Part shown: piece after piece, positions 42,020 to 52,938 of the stretch
Position numbering within the stretch: the stretch's first letter is position 1
How the letters are laid out: each line of letters opens with the position of its first letter
NCBI GenBank assembly: GCA_016868055.1
Contig: VGHX01000002.1
Location: forward strand, 4-64,003
Length of the DNA stretch: 64,000 bases
Reading direction: 5' to 3'
DNA from: Betaproteobacteria bacterium
Lineage (GTDB): Bacteria; Pseudomonadota; Gammaproteobacteria; Burkholderiales; Burkholderiaceae_D
Notes under the pieces: generated by a model
Databases searched by the model: none
What the model was told of the DNA's origin: nothing
What the model saw: the letters and a program-made list of their open reading frames with translations, nothing else
Program-made: the position numbers and the translations under genes

Positions 42020-42676
42020 TCACCGCAACCCGGCGATGTAATCGGATACCGCCTTCATTTCATCGTCGGTTAGGCGCTTACTAATTGCGACCATCTGAGC
42101 CGAATTACCACGCACGCCGCCACGGAAGTTGGTTAGCTGCGTCACCGCATAATCCTGGTGCTGACCAGCGATACGCGGGTACTGTGCCGGAATGCCAGCG
42201 CCATTGGGGCTGTGGCAGCCTGCGCAAGCCGGTACATTTTTTTCAGCGATGCCGGCGCGGTAAATCTTGCGGCCCAGATCAGCGGTTTCTTTGACCTTGG
42301 CGACATTGGCCGTCGCTTTTTGCGTGGCCAAATAGGCTGCTACGTTGTCGATATCTTCAGGTGTCATCGCTTTGGCGATCGTGGTCATGATCGCGTTATT
42401 GCGATCCGGCCCCTGAAAATCATGCAACTGTTTCTTGATATAGGCAGCATGTTGACCGCCGAGTTTGGGGTTTTGCGGAATGCCCGAGTTACCCTCTGCG
42501 CCATGGCAAGCAATACAAGCGGTAATGCCGCGCGCTGGGTCACCACCGGAGTACAGCGTGGCGCCTTTGGCGGGATCAGCTGCTGCTGACTTTTGTTCTG
42601 TCGCCCCTGCAGTAAGAAGCGTGGAGAACAACGCAACAGCGGACACTTTTAAACACAACGAGAGCACTCGATTCAT
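42020..42676 (-). CDS. Diheme cytochrome c4
   Basis: Signal peptide, then two heme c motifs (CIACHG and CAGCHS) in two homologous halves. Confidence 0.9.
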   Translation of the reverse strand: MNRVLSLCLKVSAVALFSTLLTAGATEQKSAAADPAKGATLYSGGDPARGITACIACHGAEGNSGIPQNPKLGGQHAAYIKKQLHDFQGPDRNNAIMTTIAKAMTPEDIDNVAAYLATQKATANVAKVKETADLGRKIYRAGIAEKNVPACAGCHSPNGAGIPAQYPRIAGQHQDYAVTQLTNFRGGVRGNSAQMVAISKRLTDDEMKAVSDYIAGLR

Positions 42677-42811
42677 TCAAACACCCGGGCAATAATTGAT
42701 TGAGTTGGTCGCGAAATACAGCCGGGTATTGTACTACAATGCCCATCAGCGATTTTTCGCTATCCTGCTGACAGCCGCCGCGTTTGCCGGCCCCACCTGC
42801 ACCCATTCCCG

Positions 42812-43558
42812 ATGTCCATTCTTTGGCAAGCCCGCTTCTTCACGACCGTGAATCGACTACAGGATTTGCCAAAATACCAAGTCCCTGAATTGGCCTTCGC
42901 CGGACGCTCGAATGCGGGCAAATCGACCGCAATCAACCTGCTCTGCAACCAGAAAAAACTGGCATTTGCCTCCAAGACGCCCGGTCGGACCCAGCACATC
43001 AACTATTTCTCGATCGGCGGCGCTCATGTTGGCCAGCACCGCCGCGACATCGCCCGCAGCGAAGAGATTCGGGCGTTTTTGGTGGATTTACCCGGCTACG
43101 GCTATGCCGAAGTGGCTGGGACGGCCAAGCACCACTGGCAGCAGCTGCTCGGCCGCTATGTTCAGGTCAGGCAGCCGCTGGTGGGCTTGGTGCTGATCAT
43201 GGATGCGCGCCGCCCATTTACCGAGCTGGACATTGAGATGCTGGAGTGGTTCGCGCCGACCGGCAAGCCTATCCACTGCCTCTTGAGCAAAGCAGACAAG
43301 CTCAACCGACAAGAGCAATCGGGTGCGATCCGGCTCGCCAAGACCGTTCTGGCCAGCTATGTTGACGAGCAAGGCCAGCCTCTGCCATTCTCCGTTCAGC
43401 TATTCTCGGCGCTCAAGCGGATCGGTCTGGATGAGGCAGATCGCACCATCTGTAGCCTGTTGCAGCTCGAGACGAGCGTCGATCATGAAGAAGAACAAAC
43501 CGTATCCACGGAAAAAACCCCTGGAGCGCGGGAGATGCCTCCAGGGTCCAAACACTGA
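42812..43558 (+). CDS. engB: Ribosome biogenesis GTPase EngB (YihA/YsxC)
   Basis: G1 motif GRSNAGKST and G3 motif DLPGYG. Divergent from cytochrome c4. Carries a hydrophilic C-terminal tail of about 40 aa. Confidence 0.9.
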   Translation: MSILWQARFFTTVNRLQDLPKYQVPELAFAGRSNAGKSTAINLLCNQKKLAFASKTPGRTQHINYFSIGGAHVGQHRRDIARSEEIRAFLVDLPGYGYAEVAGTAKHHWQQLLGRYVQVRQPLVGLVLIMDARRPFTELDIEMLEWFAPTGKPIHCLLSKADKLNRQEQSGAIRLAKTVLASYVDEQGQPLPFSVQLFSALKRIGLDEADRTICSLLQLETSVDHEEEQTVSTEKTPGAREMPPGSKH

Positions 43559-43591
43559 CTCGTTTGAGCCAGTCCCGCTCAGGGAGGATAA

Positions 43592-44716
<1,125 letters not shown>

Positions 44717-44825
44717 ATTTGTAGAAATACAACATATTCGAACCGAATTCCGGTAATCGACACATAGCCTGGAGAAGATGCTGACCAATTTTTGATGCAC
44801 TGATTTGCCTTGAGGGGAGACGGCA

Positions 44826-45329
44826 ATGAACAGAATTTCCCGAACACCCACGGTCGTTCACCCCAATCTTGGCAAAACAAGTACCGAGGGCATGAAGGGC
44901 GCTTACGACGTCGTCATCGCGAAAGAAGAAAAATTCATCACGCCGGATGGCAAGACGGGTCGAGCCAGAGTATTTTCACGCGTTAGTCCAGAAAAAATCC
45001 GCGACGATAAATCTGGCGATTTGCAGGCCTATGCAAAAAATGCGAAAGCCAAGATCAGTGATGCAATCCATAAGCTCAAAACGTCGACAGAAAAGAAAAA
45101 CAGACTGCTCGACTTAATGGCTGTGCAAGTCAAAGGTGACATCGCAAAGTCTTCTTCGGAATTCTTTGGTGCAGATACCTTTAACCTAGCGAATCAAGGG
45201 TTTCGACTACCAGAGCAAAAACAGGTACGCTTTACGGATGCGGCGAACGTTGAAATTCCACGAAACCAGCCTGCGTCAAGCGCTTTGCCGAAAGAAGTGA
45301 TTCTGCCCGAGCTACCGCCAGAGATGTGA
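44826..45329 (+). CDS. Hypothetical hydrophilic Lys-rich protein (orphan, AT-richer than its neighbours)
   Basis: 167-aa ORF. GGGGAG lies 7 nt upstream of the ATG. No signal peptide, TM segment or motif that I recognise. See finding. Confidence 0.5.
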   Translation: MNRISRTPTVVHPNLGKTSTEGMKGAYDVVIAKEEKFITPDGKTGRARVFSRVSPEKIRDDKSGDLQAYAKNAKAKISDAIHKLKTSTEKKNRLLDLMAVQVKGDIAKSSSEFFGADTFNLANQGFRLPEQKQVRFTDAANVEIPRNQPASSALPKEVILPELPPEM

Positions 45330-45367
45330 CGAGGCACTTACTGTAAACAGGTCAGATGCAAGTCGAC

Positions 45368-47149
45368 CTATTCCGCTTTCTGTAACGACAGGAGAAATTG
45401 ACCTGGCGGCTGATAGCCGATCACGCGCGTACCACGGATCTCTTTGCCGTCTGGGTCAAACAGAATAATGCCGGGAGGGCCAAACAAGCCAAAGCGTTTC
45501 AGCAGCGCTTTGTCATCTGCATTGTTAGCAGTGACGTCGGCTTGCAGCAGTAGCATCCGATCTAGCTTGGCTTTTACGTCTGCGTTCGTAAAGGTGAGTT
45601 TCTCCATCTCGATGCAGGATACGCACCAGTCTGCGTAGAAGTCGAGCATTACGCGCCGGCCGCCCGTGTTGGCAAGTGCGGTATCAAGCTCCGCGACGCT
45701 GCGTACACGCGTGAAGGCAGTCTTTTGGTGCTGCTTCCCACCGAGGTGCGCCAGAGGCGCCCATGCATCGCGACCTCCGGTGGCCAACCCCAGCAGTTGT
45801 ATTCCGCCAAGGACAATGAACACAGCGCCGATGATTCGAGCGCGCCACCCGAGTGCCTTATCGCGCAGCAGGAACAGGCCGTAGCCTGCACCCAGCACGG
45901 CCCAGCCCAACATCAACAACCAGGCAGGAATCAGCGACGACACCATCCACAAGGCGAGCGCTAGCATTAACACGCCAAAGAAATACTTCACGGCTTGCAT
46001 CCACGCACCGGCGCGTGGCAACAGCGAACCCGCTGATAGTCCGACCAATAGCAAGGGCACACTCATGCCAACCGCCATCGCGAACAAGGCACTGCCACCG
46101 ATGAGCACATTGCGCGTCTGGCTGATGTAAACCAGCGCGCCAGCCAGCGGCGCAGCAACACACGGCCCGACGATCAATGCCGAGATCGCACCCATGACGA
46201 ACACACCCAGCAGCTTTCCACCGCGCTGACGCTCGGATAAACGCGTCAAGGCGAGCTGCAACGATGCAGGCACTTGCAGCTGGTAGACATCGAACATCGA
46301 TAGCGCCATCACCGCCATCAGAATCGCAAAGGCCGTCAATATGAGCGGGCTCTGCAGCGCGGCAGACAGCCCTTCGCCGATCAGTCCTGCAGCGATACCG
46401 AGTGCCGTGTAAACCAAGGCCATACCAAGCGAATAAGCAACTGACAGCACTAACCCGCGCCGACGACTGGTCTGCGCACCCTCACCGGCAATGATGAACG
46501 ACAAAATGGGCACCATCGGTAGCACGCAAGGCGTGAACGAGAGGCCCAGACCAAGCAATAAAAACAGCGGCAGTATCAGGATCAGGCGCCCACTTGAAAG
46601 TGCGGCCTCAATACGACCCATGTCGCCATCGACGCTTGCTGGTGCCGCGATGTGGCCGGCGTCTGAATCTACGCCCGACTGCGATGTGGAAGATAAAGTA
46701 GCGACCGATTCCATCGGTGGGTAGCACAAGCCTTTGTCGGCGCAGCCTTGGCTGCTTACTTTCACTTGAAATGGCCCGCTGGCTTGAACCGGAATAGTTA
46801 CCGTCAATTGTTGTCTGAAGGTTTCCAGCTCTTTGTCGAAATTCGGATCGAATTTGATCTCGCCGCGCGGTAGTTCAAAGTTTCCCAGCGTTGCGCCTTC
46901 AGCGCTAACAGAAATTTTGTCGCGGTACATGTAGTAGCCATCGGCGATACGGAAGTTAAGCTCTATCGTCGCGGCATCTGCCATACGCGCGCTGAATGCA
47001 AACGCCTTTTCCGGCGCTAGAAAATCTTGTGCGCTCACTGAGCTTGCCCCTGCGCTGATGATAGTCATCAAGCAAGCAACCACCCAAGCAAGTAATCTTT
47101 GTGGGCGCTTGCCAAGTGCAAATGTGGACAGCGATCGCCAGTTACGCAT
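45368..47149 (-). CDS. dsbD: Thiol:disulfide interchange protein DsbD
   Basis: N-terminal periplasmic domain, a membrane core with TPCVLPMVP, and a C-terminal thioredoxin domain with DWCVSC. ATG at 47149 (MRNWRSLSTF...) overlaps the cutA stop by 8 nt; the ORF-track start at 47197 is over-extended. Confidence 0.9.
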   Translation of the reverse strand: MRNWRSLSTFALGKRPQRLLAWVVACLMTIISAGASSVSAQDFLAPEKAFAFSARMADAATIELNFRIADGYYMYRDKISVSAEGATLGNFELPRGEIKFDPNFDKELETFRQQLTVTIPVQASGPFQVKVSSQGCADKGLCYPPMESVATLSSTSQSGVDSDAGHIAAPASVDGDMGRIEAALSSGRLILILPLFLLLGLGLSFTPCVLPMVPILSFIIAGEGAQTSRRRGLVLSVAYSLGMALVYTALGIAAGLIGEGLSAALQSPLILTAFAILMAVMALSMFDVYQLQVPASLQLALTRLSERQRGGKLLGVFVMGAISALIVGPCVAAPLAGALVYISQTRNVLIGGSALFAMAVGMSVPLLLVGLSAGSLLPRAGAWMQAVKYFFGVLMLALALWMVSSLIPAWLLMLGWAVLGAGYGLFLLRDKALGWRARIIGAVFIVLGGIQLLGLATGGRDAWAPLAHLGGKQHQKTAFTRVRSVAELDTALANTGGRRVMLDFYADWCVSCIEMEKLTFTNADVKAKLDRMLLLQADVTANNADDKALLKRFGLFGPPGIILFDPDGKEIRGTRVIGYQPPGQFLLSLQKAE

Positions 47150-47480
47150 ATTTCTCACTGCTCGTTTCAGCCACCACCCACTGCAGGTAAGGGGCATAGC
47201 CCCCGGTAACGGGCAACGCGATTACCTCCGGCACATCGTAGGGATGCGCGTCTACCAGCACCCGCTGTAGTTGGGCGTAGTGCTGAGGCGTGGTTTTGAT
47301 CAGCAAAGTGACTTCATTAGCCTGCTCAATCTGTCCCTGCCAACGGTAAACGGACTGCACACCGGGCAAGATATTGACGCACGCAACTAACTTGGCTTCG
47401 ACGAGTGTGCGCGCTAGGGCCTGTGCGCTTGCGTTGTCCGGCACATTCGACATCACCAATAAAACCTGTGCATCGCTCAT
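47142..47480 (-). CDS. cutA: Divalent-cation tolerance protein CutA
   Basis: Roughly 112-aa ORF with CutA blocks ACVNILPGVQSVYRWQG and HPYDVPE. ATG at 47480, preceded by AGAGG. Classical cutA-dsbD pairing. Confidence 0.9.
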   Translation of the reverse strand: MSDAQVLLVMSNVPDNASAQALARTLVEAKLVACVNILPGVQSVYRWQGQIEQANEVTLLIKTTPQHYAQLQRVLVDAHPYDVPEVIALPVTGGYAPYLQWVVAETSSEKYA

Positions 47481-47569
47481 CAGCACCTCTGCAATATTTT
47501 CTAAAACACTGACGATATTGCTTGTTTCAAGACCTTCTTGAGCACCGTGCTCAGCGCCTTCCTCAGCGC

Positions 47570-48355
47570 CTACTTCAACAGTCGTCTGCGGGTGAGTACG
47601 GTCGCGAGATAAAAACCAACCACGGTATAGATCAACAAGATTGCCAGGTCCCCGACCGGGTCTTCAGGCACGCCACCCAGCAGTAATGGTCGCACAAGAC
47701 GCACAGCGGCGCCGAGCGGCAACATATTTGCCAGTGACTGCAGCCATACAGGTAATTGGCTTACGGGGTAGTACACGCCTGACAAAAAAATCATTGGCGT
47801 CAGAACCAGCGTGAAATAGTAAGTAAAAAAGTCGTATGCCTTGGCAATTGCATTCACAATCAATGCGATCGATGCAAAGCAGACGCCGGTCAGCAGCAGC
47901 AGTGGCGGTACTAACAGCGTTGTAGGATGCACGCCGATACCCAGACCGAACAGTACCAGCAAGATGGCCAAGCCTGAAATCATTGCCTTGCTGGCGGCCC
48001 ATAGCATTTCAGCGAGTACGATATCGTCTAATTCAAGCGGAGTATTCAGCAAAGCTTCCCAAGTCTTTTGTACATGCATCCGCGAAAACGCCGAATACAA
48101 AGACTCGAAAGACGCGGCCATCATCACCGACATGCAGATCGAGCCGCTCGCGAGGTACTCGATATAGGGCACGCCCTCGATTTGCTGTAGTAAGCTACCT
48201 AGGCCATAGCCAAACGCCAGCAAAGTGATCATTGGCTCGGCGATATTGCCGATCACACTTGCGACGGCTAGTTTTCGCCACACCAGCAGGTTGCGTCGCC
48301 AGACAGGTATGAACCTCGGGCTGAGTGCGGGCAAACGATAGTTGAGTGCGCTCAT
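47570..48355 (-). CDS. ABC-2 type exporter permease (NodJ/YadH-like)
   Basis: 261-aa six-TM ORF directly downstream of the NodI-like ATPase. Confidence 0.85.
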   Translation of the reverse strand: MSALNYRLPALSPRFIPVWRRNLLVWRKLAVASVIGNIAEPMITLLAFGYGLGSLLQQIEGVPYIEYLASGSICMSVMMAASFESLYSAFSRMHVQKTWEALLNTPLELDDIVLAEMLWAASKAMISGLAILLVLFGLGIGVHPTTLLVPPLLLLTGVCFASIALIVNAIAKAYDFFTYYFTLVLTPMIFLSGVYYPVSQLPVWLQSLANMLPLGAAVRLVRPLLLGGVPEDPVGDLAILLIYTVVGFYLATVLTRRRLLK

Positions 48356-48356
48356 C

Positions 48357-49277
48357 TCAGTCCCTCATCTCGCGGCCGGTTAGCTTAAGGAATAAGTCTT
48401 CCAGATTGGCAGGGCGGTGCAGGTAACGCAAACCCGACGCGTGCGACAAATTTTGCAGTAAGGGTTCGGCGTGCTGCGTGTAGCAGAAAACCGTGTCGCC
48501 ACTCACTTCGACGCGCTTAGCCAATGCGCGGGCTTGCTCTGCCCAGCGTATCGCCTGATCGCCATACACCTCGACCACTTGTGCCTCGATGTGCTGCGCG
48601 ATCAAGTCGCGTGGCTCACCTTCGGCAATCATCCGCCCATGATCAATCACCGCGAGGCGATTACACAGACGCTCGGCCTCGTCCATGAAATGCGTGGTCA
48701 GCAGTATGGTCTTGCCCGTTGCGAGTAGGGCTTTCAGTCGTTCCCAGATCATGTGTCTGGCTTGCGGGTCAAGCCCCGTCGTTGGCTCGTCCATGAAGAT
48801 GAGATCCGGGTCATTGACCAACGCACGCGCCAACGTCAGACGACGCTTCATCCCACCGGATAACTCGCCCAGTCGCGCATGGCGCTTGTTGGCAAGATTA
48901 GAGAACTCGAGTAGCCAGTCGAGGCGCGCATGAATCTGCGATGGCTGCATGCCAAAGTAGTGACCATACACCAACAGATTTTCTTCGACGGTGAAGTCGG
49001 GGTCGAGACTATCCATTTGCGGCACCACACCAATCTTCATCCGTGCTTGACGCGCGCCGCGTGGCACTTCATAACCCACCAAGGTAATTTGCCCGCTGTC
49101 AGGTACCGTCAACCCGAGACACAGGCGCAACGTGGTGGTCTTGCCGGCACCGTTCGGCCCCAACAAGCCATAGCACTCGCCGCGCTTCAGCGCGAACGAT
49201 ACGTCATCGATCACAACGTGGCGATCGGCACCTTCGCCATAAGATTTTTTTAGATGATTAACAGTCAGGATAGACAT
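48357..49277 (-). CDS. ABC-2 type exporter ATPase (NodI/YadG-like)
   Basis: Walker [10 protein letters not shown], signature LSGGMKRRL, Walker [13 protein letters not shown]. The block [29 protein letters not shown] is typical of NodI-like proteins. Confidence 0.9.
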   Translation of the reverse strand: MSILTVNHLKKSYGEGADRHVVIDDVSFALKRGECYGLLGPNGAGKTTTLRLCLGLTVPDSGQITLVGYEVPRGARQARMKIGVVPQMDSLDPDFTVEENLLVYGHYFGMQPSQIHARLDWLLEFSNLANKRHARLGELSGGMKRRLTLARALVNDPDLIFMDEPTTGLDPQARHMIWERLKALLATGKTILLTTHFMDEAERLCNRLAVIDHGRMIAEGEPRDLIAQHIEAQVVEVYGDQAIRWAEQARALAKRVEVSGDTVFCYTQHAEPLLQNLSHASGLRYLHRPANLEDLFLKLTGREMRD

Positions 49278-49287
49278 GGTCCACGCT

Positions 49288-49320
49288 TAAAAAACAAAGC
49301 CAGGCACTTGGCCTGGCTTG
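49288..49320 (-). terminator. Rho-independent terminator of the alpha operon (after rplQ)
   Basis: 9-bp arms AAGCCAGGC (49297-49305) and GCCTGGCTT (49311-49319) with a 5-nt loop. On the minus strand the hairpin is followed by TGTTTTTT. Confidence 0.7.
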
Positions 49321-49346
49321 ATGCTGCAACACGACGCTTGGCGCGT

Positions 49347-49733
49347 TTATTCAGCCGCGACTGCTTCGCTGTTGTCTGGACGATCAACCAGCTCAACGAA
49401 AGCCATCGGGGCATTGTCACCTTGACGGAAACCCATCTTCAAGATTCGCAGATAACCACCCTGGCGCTCCTTGTAACGAGGGCCGATCTCGGCAAACAGT
49501 TTGACGACGATATCGCGGTCGCGCAAACGCGAAAAAGCCAAACGCTTATTGGCTAAGGTATCCACCTTGCCGAGCGTGATGATCGGCTCAACAACGCGGC
49601 GCAGTTCTTTAGCTTTTGGTACGGTAGTCTTGATAGCTTCGTGCTTGAGCAAAGAGACCGTCATGTTACGAAGCATCGCCAGGCGATGCGACGAGGTTCG
49701 GTTCAGTTTGCGTAGTCCGTGACGATGACGCAT
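49347..49733 (-). CDS. rplQ: 50S ribosomal protein L17
   Basis: [27 protein letters not shown] at 49733; the ORF-track start at 49790 is over-extended. Confidence 0.97.
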   Translation of the reverse strand: MRHRHGLRKLNRTSSHRLAMLRNMTVSLLKHEAIKTTVPKAKELRRVVEPIITLGKVDTLANKRLAFSRLRDRDIVVKLFAEIGPRYKERQGGYLRILKMGFRQGDNAPMAFVELVDRPDNSEAVAAE

Positions 49734-49887
49734 GGCAATTTCCTTTATAAGTTTTGATCCAGCTCTTCTATCGACAGCTCTTGCGAGCATGACGCGGGCC
49801 GGTACGATTAAGTAAATTTCTTGGGTTATTCGCTACCCGTACTGCTTTCTTCCAAGGCTAATGGTTCATTTTGTCCGTTGTTACTGA

Positions 49888-50865
49888 TTATTTTTCAAGC
49901 CCCGCCGGCGGCCAGTTTTCCAGCTTCATACCGAGGGTTAGTCCGCGCGAAGCCAAAACTTCTTTGATCTCGTTGAGCGACTTACGACCCAGATTCGGTG
50001 TTTTCAATAATTCATTCTCGCTGCGCTGAATGAGATCGCCGATGTAGTAAATGTTCTCGGCCTTGAGGCAGTTCGCAGAGCGAACGGTGAGCTCGAGATC
50101 ATCCACTGGGCGCAACAGAATTGGATCAACTGTCGGAGCACGCGACGGTGCTTCCGCTGCAGCCTCGGTACCCTCGAGCGCGGCGAAAACATTCAACTGA
50201 TCGACCAGTACGCGTGCAGATTGACGAATCGCTTCCTCGGGTGAAATCACACCATTAGTTTCGATGTTCATCACCAGCTTGTCGAGGTCTGTGCGCTGCT
50301 CTACGCGCGCAGAGTCGACCGTGTAAGAGACCCGACGCACAGGGGAGTAAGAGGCATCAAGAATGATGCGGCCGATCGTCTTATTAGCATCTTCAGCCAG
50401 ACGACGAACGTTTCCAGGCACATATCCACGGCCTTTCTCGACTTTCACCTGCATGTCGATCTTGCCACCAGACGTCAAATGCGCGATCACATGATCAGGA
50501 TTAATCAGTTCGACATCGTGCGGTAAGTCGATATCGGAGGCCAGTACCGGGCCTTCGCCCTCTTTTTTCAAACTCAATGTGACTTCGTCACGGCTGTGCA
50601 GTTTGAACACTACACCCTTCAGGTTCAAAAGAATGTCGACCACGTCTTCTTGAACACCGTCAATCGACGAGTACTCATGAACCACGCCAGCTATCGTGAC
50701 CTCGGTCGGCGCATAGCCAACCATGGAAGACAACAGCACGCGGCGCAGCGCATTGCCCAGGGTGTGGCCATAGCCACGCTCGAAGGGCTCCATCACGACC
50801 TTGGCATGGCCAGGCCCGAGATGCTCGACTTCGATAATGCGCGGCTTTAACAGATTGTTTTGCAT
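49888..50865 (-). CDS. rpoA: DNA-directed RNA polymerase alpha subunit
   Basis: 325-aa ORF with an N-terminal assembly domain and a C-terminal domain (..[18 protein letters not shown]..). Confidence 0.98.
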   Translation of the reverse strand: MQNNLLKPRIIEVEHLGPGHAKVVMEPFERGYGHTLGNALRRVLLSSMVGYAPTEVTIAGVVHEYSSIDGVQEDVVDILLNLKGVVFKLHSRDEVTLSLKKEGEGPVLASDIDLPHDVELINPDHVIAHLTSGGKIDMQVKVEKGRGYVPGNVRRLAEDANKTIGRIILDASYSPVRRVSYTVDSARVEQRTDLDKLVMNIETNGVISPEEAIRQSARVLVDQLNVFAALEGTEAAAEAPSRAPTVDPILLRPVDDLELTVRSANCLKAENIYYIGDLIQRSENELLKTPNLGRKSLNEIKEVLASRGLTLGMKLENWPPAGLEK

Positions 50866-50925
50866 GAATGTCCTTTCAATACCCTCGGCTCGTTACACCG
50901 ATAAGGCTGATGGCATATCGGAAAA

Positions 50926-50947
50926 CTACCCACCCACCGGTGGGTAG
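50926..50947 (-). promoter_or_regulatory. Stable hairpin plus T4 in the rpsD-rpoA spacer (attenuator-like)
   Basis: The minus-strand RNA reads CUACCCACC-GGUG-GGUGGGUAG followed by UUUUCC. The stem is a perfect 9 bp. Confidence 0.4.
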
Positions 50948-50956
50948 CAGGAGAAA

Positions 50957-51580
50957 TTAGCGCGAATACAATTCGACGATCAACGACTCGTTAACCTCTT
51001 GGTTGTAGTCACTGCGGTCTGGCAGGGTCTTGAGCGAGCCTTCCATTTTTTTTGCGTCGACCGACACCCACATCGGAAAGCCGGATTGCTCTGCCAACGA
51101 CAGCGCCTCGGCGATACGGACCTGTTTCTTGGCCTTTTCACGAACGGCAACAACATCACCGACGCGAACCGAGTAAGAGGGAATATTCACCACATGGCCG
51201 TTTACGACGATGGCCTTGTGCGATACCAGTTGGCGCGCTTCGGCACGCGTCGAAGCGAAACCAAGACGATAAACCACATTATCAAGGCGCGACTCGAGCA
51301 GTTGCAGCAGGGTTTCGCCGGTGTTGCCTTTGCGGCGGTCAGCCTCAGCGAAATAACGACGGAATTGCCGCTCGAGCACACCGTACATACGCTTGACCTT
51401 CTGCTTTTCACGCAGCTGGTTGCCATAGTCGGAAGTACGCGCGCCGGAGGTACGGCCATGTTGCCCTGGCTTTGAATCCAGTTTGCACTTGGATTCCAGC
51501 GAGCGACGTGCGCTCTTCAGGAACAGGTCAGTGCCTTCACGGCGAGAGAGTTTTGCTTTAGGTCCGATGTAACGTGCCAC
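50957..51580 (-). CDS. rpsD: 30S ribosomal protein S4
   Basis: (M)[25 protein letters not shown] start at 51580 (CAC at 51578-51580), preceded by AGAGGA. The ORF-track start at 51616 is over-extended. Confidence 0.95.
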   Translation of the reverse strand: MARYIGPKAKLSRREGTDLFLKSARRSLESKCKLDSKPGQHGRTSGARTSDYGNQLREKQKVKRMYGVLERQFRRYFAEADRRKGNTGETLLQLLESRLDNVVYRLGFASTRAEARQLVSHKAIVVNGHVVNIPSYSVRVGDVVAVREKAKKQVRIAEALSLAEQSGFPMWVSVDAKKMEGSLKTLPDRSDYNQEVNESLIVELYSR

Positions 51581-51663
51581 GGTATTTCCTCTACGTTGAT
51601 GACGCTTCTGGCACAAGGCCTTGAAGCGCTAGTTCGATCTGCCTGCTACCGAACGGTGGTCTT

Positions 51664-51692
51664 TGAACAAAACCCGCCGTTGCGCGGCGGGT
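51664..51692 (-). terminator. Rho-independent terminator-like hairpin between rpsK and rpsD
   Basis: The minus-strand RNA reads CCCGCCG-CGCAA-CGGCGGG followed by UUUUGUU (plus-strand arms at 51673-51679 and 51685-51691). It starts 28 nt after the rpsK stop. Confidence 0.55.
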
Positions 51693-51719
51693 CACATACA
51701 ACAACAGCAAAGTACTGAT

Positions 51720-52121
51720 TTAGATGCGGCGACGCTTTGGTGGACGGCAACCGTTGTGCGGCACCGGCGTAACGTCCTGAATTTGTGTGATCTTGATGCC
51801 GAGGCTGTTCAGCGCGCGCACTGCGGATTCGCGGCCAGGGCCAGGACCTTTGATACGTACCTCGAGATTCTTGACGCCACACTCTATCGCCACCTTACCG
51901 GCTGCTTCAGCCGCAACCTGCGCCGCAAATGGCGTCGATTTACGTGAGCCTTTGAAGCCAGCACCGCCAGACGTTGCCCATGACAGCGCATTGCCCTGAC
52001 GGTCTGTGATCGTGATGATGGTGTTGTTGAAGGAGGCGTGAACGTGCGCAATGCCTTCCGCGACATTCTTCTTTACCTTCTTGCGAACGCGCGAAGCGGC
52101 GTTGTTCGATGCTTTTGCCAT
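51720..52121 (-). CDS. rpsK: 30S ribosomal protein S11
   Basis: ..[30 protein letters not shown].. Confidence 0.97.
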   Translation of the reverse strand: MAKASNNAASRVRKKVKKNVAEGIAHVHASFNNTIITITDRQGNALSWATSGGAGFKGSRKSTPFAAQVAAEAAGKVAIECGVKNLEVRIKGPGPGRESAVRALNSLGIKITQIQDVTPVPHNGCRPPKRRRI

Positions 52122-52148
52122 GGTGTTGTCCTTGTGTCCGCGAGGGGA

Positions 52149-52514
52149 TTACTTCTTCAGCGCTTGCGCTGCTTTGCGTGGGCCCTTGCGGGTGCGCGCG
52201 TTGGTACGAGTGCGCTGACCGCGAACCGGCAAACCTTTACGATGGCGCAGGCCGCGGTAGCAGCCAAGGTCCATCAGGCGCTTGATGTTCATCGACACCT
52301 CACGCCGCAGGTCGCCCTCAACGATAAATTTGCCGATTTCGTCACGCAGCTTCTCGAGCTCGTTGTCGTCGAGATCTTTGACTTTTTTAGTGGTAGGTAC
52401 GCCCGTGTTCGCGCAAATTAGCTCGGCGCGCGGACGACCGATACCGAAAACGGCGGTTAAGCCGATTACGGTGTGCTGATGGTTGGGAATGTTGACCCCT
52501 GCAATACGTGCCAT
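52149..52514 (-). CDS. rpsM: 30S ribosomal protein S13
   Basis: [26 protein letters not shown]. Confidence 0.97.
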   Translation of the reverse strand: MARIAGVNIPNHQHTVIGLTAVFGIGRPRAELICANTGVPTTKKVKDLDDNELEKLRDEIGKFIVEGDLRREVSMNIKRLMDLGCYRGLRHRKGLPVRGQRTRTNARTRKGPRKAAQALKK

Positions 52515-52541
52515 GCGTTGTCCCTCGATCGCTAAGCTTGA

Positions 52542-52655
52542 TTAACCCTGGCGCTGCTTATGGCGCGGTTCGGTGCAAATGACACGAACAACGCCTTTGC
52601 GCTTGATGATCTTGCACTTACGGCAGATCCGTTTTACTGATGCGAGCACTTTCAT
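52542..52655 (-). CDS. rpmJ: 50S ribosomal protein L36
   Basis: Own translation: [37 protein letters not shown] (37 aa). Too short for the ORF track. Confidence 0.95.
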   Translation of the reverse strand: MKVLASVKRICRKCKIIKRKGVVRVICTEPRHKQRQG

Positions 52656-52697
52656 GTTTGCCCTCTTCTTTCTATCTTTCGATAACTGGTACGGCGA

Positions 52698-52916
52698 TTA
52701 CTTGGTTCTGAAAACAATGCGTGCTCTGCTTAGGTCGTACGGTGTCAACTCAAGCGTCACCTTGTCACCCGGCAGAATACGGATGTAGTTCATTCTCATT
52801 TTTCCGGAAATGTGTCCAAGTACGACATGGCCGTTTTCAAGCTTTACCCTGAAGGTCGCATTCGGGAGGTTTTCAAGAATCTCCCCCTGCATTTGAATCA
52901 CGTCGTCTTTGGACAT
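52698..52916 (-). CDS. infA: Translation initiation factor IF-1
   Basis: [41 protein letters not shown]. Lies between secY and rpmJ. Confidence 0.97.
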   Translation of the reverse strand: MSKDDVIQMQGEILENLPNATFRVKLENGHVVLGHISGKMRMNYIRILPGDKVTLELTPYDLSRARIVFRTK

Positions 52917-52938
52917 ATAAGCCGTCTATTCCTCTCGC

